Shown here one piece after another: positions 13,554 to 17,814 of a stretch of 17,814 nt of DNA. Origin of the DNA: a virus. The notes beneath the pieces are model-generated. The model ran no database searches and was not told where the DNA came from. It saw only the letters and a program-made list of their open reading frames with translations. The position numbers and the translations under genes are program-made. How positions within the stretch are numbered: position 1 is the first letter of the stretch; every line of letters begins with the position of its first letter. Location: positions 1 through 17,814 of the IMG/VR virus record IMGVR_UViG_3300045988_010373; one strand, 5' to 3'.

Positions 13554-13583
13554 ATACCCCGTCCGGTACGCCGGGCGGGGTAT
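13554..13583 (+). terminator. Hairpin after the SGNH tail gene (13-bp stem with one G-U, loop TACG)
   Basis: ATACCCCGTCCGG (13554-13566) pairs with CCGGGCGGGGTAT (13571-13583). There is no clear U-tract. The 3' arm overlaps the TATACT box. Confidence 0.4.
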
Positions 13584-13586
13584 ACT
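13581..13586 (+). promoter_or_regulatory. -10-like hexamer TATACT, 6 nt upstream of ATG 13593 (leaderless candidate)
   Basis: TATACT, then the spacer AATATC, then ATG. No SD and no TG extension. Confidence 0.25.
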
Positions 13587-13592
13587 AATATC

Positions 13593-14807
13593 ATGGTAGA
13601 CGTACAAGCATGGTTGGAACGTACCCAAAACCAATACTGGGACATGGACGGCTCTTATGGTGCCCAGTGTTGGGATTTATGGGCAAAATACTGCATGGAT
13701 AATTACAATTTGTCGCTGGGCGATTGTATCACCCCAACGGGCTATGCGGAGGGCAATTACACCATGTTTCCCACCACGTCCGCCGTGGGGCGCGTGTTTG
13801 AAAAAAAGGACGCCAATTACACGCCCGGCATGGGCGATGTGGTGTTCTGGACGTTCGGCAGTCAAATCTACACCGGCAGCCACGTGGCCATCGTGTGGGG
13901 TGGTATCCAAGGGGATAATATCGATGTGCTGACGCAAAACCCCACGCCTGCCGTCCACCAATCGCTACCGCTAATGAAAGGTTCGCAGCTACTCGGCTAT
14001 CTGCATCCCACGGCATTGCCGGAACCGCCTGAATCCGGCGATAATCCCACCGGCGGTAATAATCCGGGCGTGAGTGTGGACGGTGATATCTCCGCGTGGA
14101 TCCAATTGCAGGGCGATAATCTCATTTACCACAGCGGCTCGGGCACAACATCATTGCAAGCCATTTTCTACAAGTCGAGCGCCCAGACGTGGGTGTATCG
14201 CGGAGGCAAAGGTCAGCCGGACGCCGACCAAGGACAGGGCACGCCAAGCGTGGGCGACGGGGAAAGCTCCTACGCGCTCTACGTCATCGGCACCGTTGAA
14301 TCATCATTACGCTGGGATGCCGTCGAGCCAAACAATCAGGGTATCGGCATCGCGCAATGGAGTTTCGGACGCCGCTTGCAAGTGCTGAACGCGATGAAAG
14401 CGGTTGACGCCGCCGGATATGAGGCGTTTGCCGCCTCCGCTCCAGCTATCGCCGCGCTTATGGAATCGGGCGGCACGTTCAATAGGGCGATGACCGGTAG
14501 CGAGGTTGCCGCATTCCAGGCGTGGGCGCGGCGCACGGAGTCACGTCAGGGGCAGCGTAATCAGTTCGCCACGGATTACGAGGGCTACCCGCAGACGTAT
14601 GATGATGCAAAAATGCAGATACTGTGGACGTGCGCCTATCATCAGAGCCCGGCAGGCGCAATGAACGTGCTGCACGCTTCATCGCTTACCCAACTGTATA
14701 ATAATATCCTCAACACATCCCCGTTCGGGCCATACGGGACGCGCTACAATACCGCCTATTCATTGTTGAACGTGTGGGACGGCATCAGTGCGCCGCCGAA
14801 CTTTTAG
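13593..14807 (+). CDS. Virion-associated peptidoglycan hydrolase: N-terminal CHAP peptidase plus C-terminal lytic transglycosylase-like domain (404 aa)
   Basis: CHAP signature: YGAQCWDLW (Cys codon 13668-13670) and TGSHVAIVW (His codon 13881-13883). Linker: PEPPESGDNPTGGNNPG. The C-terminal part has the SLT-like pattern VESSLRWDAV...GIGIAQWS. It occupies the position of phi29 gp13. The ORF-track start 13443 overlaps the previous gene and the hairpin, so it is rejected. Confidence 0.8.
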   Translation: MVDVQAWLERTQNQYWDMDGSYGAQCWDLWAKYCMDNYNLSLGDCITPTGYAEGNYTMFPTTSAVGRVFEKKDANYTPGMGDVVFWTFGSQIYTGSHVAIVWGGIQGDNIDVLTQNPTPAVHQSLPLMKGSQLLGYLHPTALPEPPESGDNPTGGNNPGVSVDGDISAWIQLQGDNLIYHSGSGTTSLQAIFYKSSAQTWVYRGGKGQPDADQGQGTPSVGDGESSYALYVIGTVESSLRWDAVEPNNQGIGIAQWSFGRRLQVLNAMKAVDAAGYEAFAASAPAIAALMESGGTFNRAMTGSEVAAFQAWARRTESRQGQRNQFATDYEGYPQTYDDAKMQILWTCAYHQSPAGAMNVLHASSLTQLYNNILNTSPFGPYGTRYNTAYSLLNVWDGISAPPNF

Positions 14808-14816
14808 CACCATGAT

Positions 14817-14840
14817 AAACCGGTAGATATCTACCGGTTT
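14817..14840 (+). terminator. Rho-independent-type terminator (perfect 24-bp palindrome AAACCGGTAGAT/ATCTACCGGTTT)
   Basis: Read directly. The 3' arm ends in TTT and is followed by GTCATTGTT. It lies 10 nt after the hydrolase stop. Confidence 0.6.
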
Positions 14841-14852
14841 GTCATTGTTATA

Positions 14853-14861
14853 TGGTATGAT
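14853..14861 (+). promoter_or_regulatory. Extended -10-like box TGGTATGAT upstream of ATG 14869 (leaderless candidate for the ATPase)
   Basis: TATGAT at 14856-14861, then the 7-nt spacer GAATAGT, then ATG 14869. There is no SD before any of the candidate starts. Confidence 0.3.
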
Positions 14862-15966
14862 GAATAGTATGGAGAGGCTGTTAGGCGAGGACGATTATTA
14901 CGATTATGGGCGCGTACTGTCCTATCACGCGCCTTGGATGTTCGTCATCGGCGCGCGCGGCCTCGGCAAAACCTATGGCGCTAAAAAACTGGTCATCGGT
15001 GACTGGATTAAAAAACGCTGGCAATTCATCTACCTACGCCGCACGGCAGAAGAGCAGAAGAATAAGGGCACGTGGTTTGCGGATATCGCGGAACAATACC
15101 CGGAATTAGAATTTAGAGTGTCCGGCAATCAGGCAGAATGTCATTGGCTGGATGATAGGGACGCCACCACCGACAAGCACGGTAAAAAACGACCTACATG
15201 GCATATCATGGGGTACTTCATCGCCCTCAGTCAGGCCGGACAGGTGAAATCAGTCGCCTACCCCAAGGTACGAACGATAATCTTTGATGAAATCTTCCCC
15301 GACAACATGCGCTATCTGGGCGGGGAAGTGACCGCGCTTGAGGAATTCTATAACACGGTTGACCGCTGGAATGATAGGGTTAGGGTCATCATGTGCAGCA
15401 ATGCCGTAACCCTCGCTAACCCGTACTTTAGCGCGTTTAATATCAACCTGAAACCGCAGTTGGATAATCACACGCAATACCAACGCTATTGCGACGGGTT
15501 TATTATGGTGGAATTAGCGGATTATGGCGGCTTCAGCGCCAAGGTCGCTACATCCAAGTTCGGGCAATTTTTACGCAAATATGATGAGAATTATGCGAAT
15601 TATGCAATCAATAATGATTTTAAGGATAACGCTAATACTCTCATTAGTGATTTTAACAACGCCGGTTATGCGTTCACACTGAGAACAACTGAATATGGTA
15701 TTTTCAACGTGTATCAGCAATTAAGCGACGCCGACGAGGTGCTATATATCATTACCAAAAAACAGCCTAAAATCACGCGTGATTTTACGTTTGATTATCG
15801 GTTGGTGGATAATGATTGTATGATGCTCAAACGTTCGGATGATATGACGCAGAAAATATTAAACGCCTATCGCGTCGGAAGACTACGGTTTGAAACGCCT
15901 CAGATTAAGGCTGAATTTAGTATGATTCTTGGCGGCTTGTTGCAACAGTCAGGCATAAGAAAGTGA
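14857..15966 (+). CDS. DNA encapsidation (packaging) ATPase, phi29 gp16-like
   Basis: By-eye alignment to phi29 gp16: LSYHAPWMFVIGARGLGKTYG versus LSYDRILNFVIGARGIGKSYA (Walker A, 14950-14973); QFIYLRR versus QFIYVRR; TIIFDE (Walker B, 15277-15291); RVRVIMCSNAVTLANPYF versus RVRCICLSNAVSVVNPYF. The start is ambiguous (ATG 14857, 14860 or 14869). The ORF-track TTG 14839 lies inside the terminator. Confidence 0.93.
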   Translation: MMNSMERLLGEDDYYDYGRVLSYHAPWMFVIGARGLGKTYGAKKLVIGDWIKKRWQFIYLRRTAEEQKNKGTWFADIAEQYPELEFRVSGNQAECHWLDDRDATTDKHGKKRPTWHIMGYFIALSQAGQVKSVAYPKVRTIIFDEIFPDNMRYLGGEVTALEEFYNTVDRWNDRVRVIMCSNAVTLANPYFSAFNINLKPQLDNHTQYQRYCDGFIMVELADYGGFSAKVATSKFGQFLRKYDENYANYAINNDFKDNANTLISDFNNAGYAFTLRTTEYGIFNVYQQLSDADEVLYIITKKQPKITRDFTFDYRLVDNDCMMLKRSDDMTQKILNAYRVGRLRFETPQIKAEFSMILGGLLQQSGIRK

Positions 15967-15975
15967 GGAAAATTT

Positions 15976-16341
15976 ATGCCAATCCATGAATTAATCGTCG
16001 TTGGCATCGTATTTTTATTGGTGCTAATCGACTATGTTACCGGCGTGGTTAATGCGATTATGCACGGTGAACTATCCAGCGAGAGAATGCGGCAGGGGCT
16101 CGGGCACAAGTTCGCATATCTGGCGGTAATCTGCGTGGCACTAATCGTAGAGTACGGTTCGGATTACATCGACTTGGGAATCGAACTACCCGTATTCATC
16201 CCCGTGTGCGTGGGCATCTGCCTGATTGAGATTACCTCAATCATGGAAAATTGCGTAAAAATCAACCCCGAACTATCCGGCTCGAATATCCTGAATATTT
16301 TCAACATTAATAGAAAAGAAAACAATGGTAAAGAAGATTAA
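15976..16341 (+). CDS. Holin (phage_holin_4 / LL-H-type pattern), 121 aa
   Basis: SD GAGGAAA. There are three hydrophobic segments. The motif LIDYVTGVVNAIMHGELSSERMRQGLGHKF and the C-terminal IEITSIMENCVKINP fit the D..TG...A....SS....G..K ... E..SI.EN pattern of that holin family. It lies directly upstream of, and overlaps, the endolysin. AT-richer than the genome average. Confidence 0.8.
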   Translation: MPIHELIVVGIVFLLVLIDYVTGVVNAIMHGELSSERMRQGLGHKFAYLAVICVALIVEYGSDYIDLGIELPVFIPVCVGICLIEITSIMENCVKINPELSGSNILNIFNINRKENNGKED

Positions 16342-17377
16342 GGCAATCGCCTATAGTGTGATTGCGGCAATCGCCGCCCTACTGCTGGCATTTTCGCCAA
16401 CCGCTAGCGCGGCAGACATGATAGACGTATCCAGTTGGCAAACCGGCATCAACGTCACCACGTCCGGCGCGCAGATTGTGGTCTCCAAGGCAACCGAGGG
16501 CATTGGATACGTCAACCCGGATTGCGACCGCGTAGTGCAGGACGCCTTAGCGGCGGGACAGGGTGTAGGCGTCTACCACTTCGCCCACACCGAAAACAAC
16601 GCGCTGAGCGAAGCCAATTACTTTATCGACAACACGCGCGGCTACATCGGCAAAGGTATCGTGCCTATTCTGGACTGGGAGCCGTCCGCTCCTTGGGATA
16701 CCGGTTGGGCACTCACATGGCTCCGCACAGTAGAAGCCGCATGGGGCACCAAGCCTATCATTTATATGAATCAGTCCACGGAAAATTCCTACGACTGGAC
16801 GGCGGTAGTCGCCAGGAATTATGGGCTATGGATTGCCGCATACACCTTGGGTTACACGCCAATCTACGGGTTCAACCCGCCCGCAGCGCAACCCACGTTG
16901 CATCATTGGCCGTTTGCGGTCGCATGGCAATACACCTCGACCGGCTACGTTGGCGACTGGGGTGGCGCGCTCGACTTGAGCGTGGTCTATGGTGACCTGA
17001 ATACATGGTATGCGTATGCAGGTAGCGGACAGGTTGCCCCCGCACCCGCGCCCGCGCCAGCACCGCAGCCCAGCACGCCGGACACCACGTGCGACACCAA
17101 TTGCGTGGTCATCCAGTCTGGCCAGTACGTTTCAATGTTCTGGGCTGACTGGTGGAACGTCAGCGTGCCCAGCGGCAACCCGTCCGTAGTGTACCCCGGT
17201 GACAAGGTATGCCACAATGGCGGCGGTGCCGTTGCAACATCGCGGACATATGTGGTGCAGGCGGGCGACACATTGAGCGGCATCGCCGCTTGGCTCGGAG
17301 TCAGCATGTATGATATCACAGGATATTCCTCGGGTAATATGAATCTCATTTATCCCGGAGAAGTCTTGCACTACTGA
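16325..17377 (+). CDS. Endolysin: N-terminal Sec-type signal peptide, GH25 muramidase domain, Pro-Ala linker, C-terminal LysM
   Basis: MVKKIKAIAYSVIAAIAALLLAFSPTASA/AD has a basic n-region, a hydrophobic core and an AxA site. GH25 pattern: IDVSSWQ..INV, VVSKATEG.GYVNP, GVYHFA. Linker: APAPAPAPAPQP. LysM: YVVQAGDTLSGIAAWLGVSMYDITGYSSGNMNLIYPGEVL (about 17243-17374). The start overlaps the holin 3' end by 17 nt. Confidence 0.88.
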   Translation: MVKKIKAIAYSVIAAIAALLLAFSPTASAADMIDVSSWQTGINVTTSGAQIVVSKATEGIGYVNPDCDRVVQDALAAGQGVGVYHFAHTENNALSEANYFIDNTRGYIGKGIVPILDWEPSAPWDTGWALTWLRTVEAAWGTKPIIYMNQSTENSYDWTAVVARNYGLWIAAYTLGYTPIYGFNPPAAQPTLHHWPFAVAWQYTSTGYVGDWGGALDLSVVYGDLNTWYAYAGSGQVAPAPAPAPAPQPSTPDTTCDTNCVVIQSGQYVSMFWADWWNVSVPSGNPSVVYPGDKVCHNGGGAVATSRTYVVQAGDTLSGIAAWLGVSMYDITGYSSGNMNLIYPGEVLHY

Positions 17378-17387
17378 CGCCATCGCA

Positions 17388-17420
17388 TGAATAAGCCCCG
17401 CAGGTTGCGGGGCTTATTCA
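17388..17420. terminator. Bidirectional terminator hairpin between convergent genes (15-bp perfect stem, loop GGT)
   Basis: TGAATAAGCCCCGCA (17388-17402) pairs with TGCGGGGCTTATTCA (17406-17420), with A/T-rich flanks on both sides. It lies between the endolysin stop (17377) and the stop of the minus-strand ORF (17426). Confidence 0.75.
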
Positions 17421-17425
17421 TTAGA

Positions 17426-17614
17426 CTACTTATTAAGCAGAGTCACCGCATACAAGTAACGAATCACGCCGTTAACCTCATACTTATATTTAAGCGCAAA
17501 AAAATCAAAATCAGACGAAACGAATGTACTCAAGAACAATCTCAGCGCTTCATCTACACTAGAAACATCCTCTGTTACCCAAGAGAGACGTTTCCCATCT
17601 TGACGTGGTAGCAA
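17426..17614 (-). CDS. Right-end hypothetical protein, distal frame (62 aa; no in-frame ATG, TTG start in the ORF track)
   Basis: This is the only sizeable minus-strand ORF not antisense to a + gene. It is AT-rich. It sits in the -1 frame relative to the ITR-proximal ATG 17670 ORF, which it overlaps. It may be the 3' part of a frameshifted or disrupted gene. Confidence 0.35.
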   Translation of the reverse strand: MLPRQDGKRLSWVTEDVSSVDEALRLFLSTFVSSDFDFFALKYKYEVNGVIRYLYAVTLLNK

Positions 17615-17670
17615 GAAGACACTTCGCGTACCCCTGAAACTCGAATTACAATATTCATCTCAACCACCAT
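17575..17670 (-). CDS. Right-end ITR-proximal short ORF (31 aa, MVVEMNIVIRVSG...), possibly the 5' part of a split gene
   Basis: ATG 17670 lies after SD GGAAAGGA, the mirror image of the SD/ATG of the left-end gene at 146. The first five codons, MVVEM, compare with MVVDM at the left end. Stop TAA is at 17577-17575. Confidence 0.35.
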   Translation of the reverse strand: MVVEMNIVIRVSGVREVSSCYHVKMGNVSLG

Positions 17671-17698
17671 CCTTTCCATAACCTTGGTTGATACCTAC

Positions 17699-17707
17699 AT
17701 ACTACCA
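17699..17707 (-). promoter_or_regulatory. Mirror-image candidate extended -10 promoter inside ITR-R, reading inward
   Basis: Same TGGTAGTAT on the minus strand by ITR symmetry, upstream of SD GGAAAGGA and the minus-strand ATG at 17670. Confidence 0.35.
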
Positions 17708-17747
17708 CACCACCACCACAACACGCCGAACAACACAAAACAGTGAG

Positions 17748-17792
17748 AAAACTACGCGCTTAAAAAATCGACAAAACTACGCGCTTAAAAAA
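17748..17792 (-). repeat. Mirror copies of the two 20-bp direct repeats inside ITR-R
   Basis: Follows from the perfect ITR identity (17748-17767 and 17773-17792). Confidence 0.95.
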
Positions 17793-17814
17793 CGACACAA
17801 AACAACACGCCGGA

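Larger units (their letters stand above)
17696..17814. repeat. Right inverted terminal repeat (ITR-R), 119 bp perfect
   Basis: Reverse complement equals bases 1-119 exactly. An imperfect extension runs inward to about 17652. Confidence 0.97.

Noticed and set aside
13443-13592. Upstream extension of the CHAP hydrolase ORF (start 13443)
   Set aside because: It overlaps the 3' end of the SGNH tail gene and runs through the 13554-13583 hairpin. The extension is Arg/Pro-rich and non-protein-like. The CHAP domain begins right after ATG 13593.
13801-13807. A7 homopolymer inside the CHAP hydrolase gene as a possible slippage or phase-variation site
   Set aside because: It is in-frame (encoding EKKD), there is no alternative-frame ORF of interest downstream, and similar A6 runs occur elsewhere. 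There is no evidence of function from the sequence alone.
17031-17081. GC-rich tandem-like repeat GCNCCN in the endolysin gene
   Set aside because: It encodes the in-frame APAPAPAPAPQP interdomain linker, so it is a protein-level Pro-Ala linker and not a DNA regulatory repeat.
17387-17611. Plus-strand 74-aa ORF at the right end
   Set aside because: It starts inside the bidirectional terminator hairpin, has no SD, and gives a basic low-complexity translation. The region is better explained by the inward-facing minus-strand gene driven from ITR-R.
1-17814. ITR-bounded element as a transposon, casposon or polinton-like integrated element
   Set aside because: There is no transposase, integrase or Cas1, and no flanking host sequence or target-site duplication because the ITRs are the window ends. 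A complete phi29-type virion, packaging and lysis gene set is present.

Overview
The window is bounded by a perfect 119-bp inverted terminal repeat: bases 1-119 equal the reverse complement of 17696-17814. It carries a full phi29-type podophage gene set, almost all on the + strand. I read it as a complete ~17.8-kb linear, protein-primed dsDNA phage genome, not a fragment. Reading left to right on the + strand: three small early ORFs of unknown function; a p6-sized acidic-tailed protein; an SSB-like protein; a basic candidate terminal protein; a compact family-B protein-primed DNA polymerase; an acidic scaffold-like protein; a major capsid protein with a C-terminal Ig-like (Big_2) domain; a gp9-like tail knob; a gp10-like portal; a gp11-like lower collar; three tail appendage proteins, two of which share an N-terminal anchor module and one of which carries an SGNH esterase domain; a CHAP plus transglycosylase-like virion hydrolase; a gp16-like packaging ATPase; a holin; and a signal-peptide GH25/LysM endolysin. 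One small, frame-disrupted gene reads inward from the right ITR. Homology calls rest on by-eye alignment to remembered phi29 proteins and on motifs; no searches were run. Base composition is mid-50s % GC by eye, with visibly AT-richer patches. That composition, together with AGGAAAGG-type SD sequences and apparently leaderless genes, suggests a high-GC Gram-positive (actinobacterial) host, but the host cannot be assigned from the sequence alone. I saw no tRNA, integrase, repressor or CRISPR. Items worth follow-up are: (1) the ITR architecture, with phased repeats, an embedded promoter/SD and duplicated first codons; (2) a polymerase whose 3'-5' exonuclease motifs look degenerate; (3) two structured non-coding regions downstream of consensus extended -10 boxes, either of which could be a packaging-RNA candidate; (4) leaderless late genes; (5) modular receptor-binding proteins.
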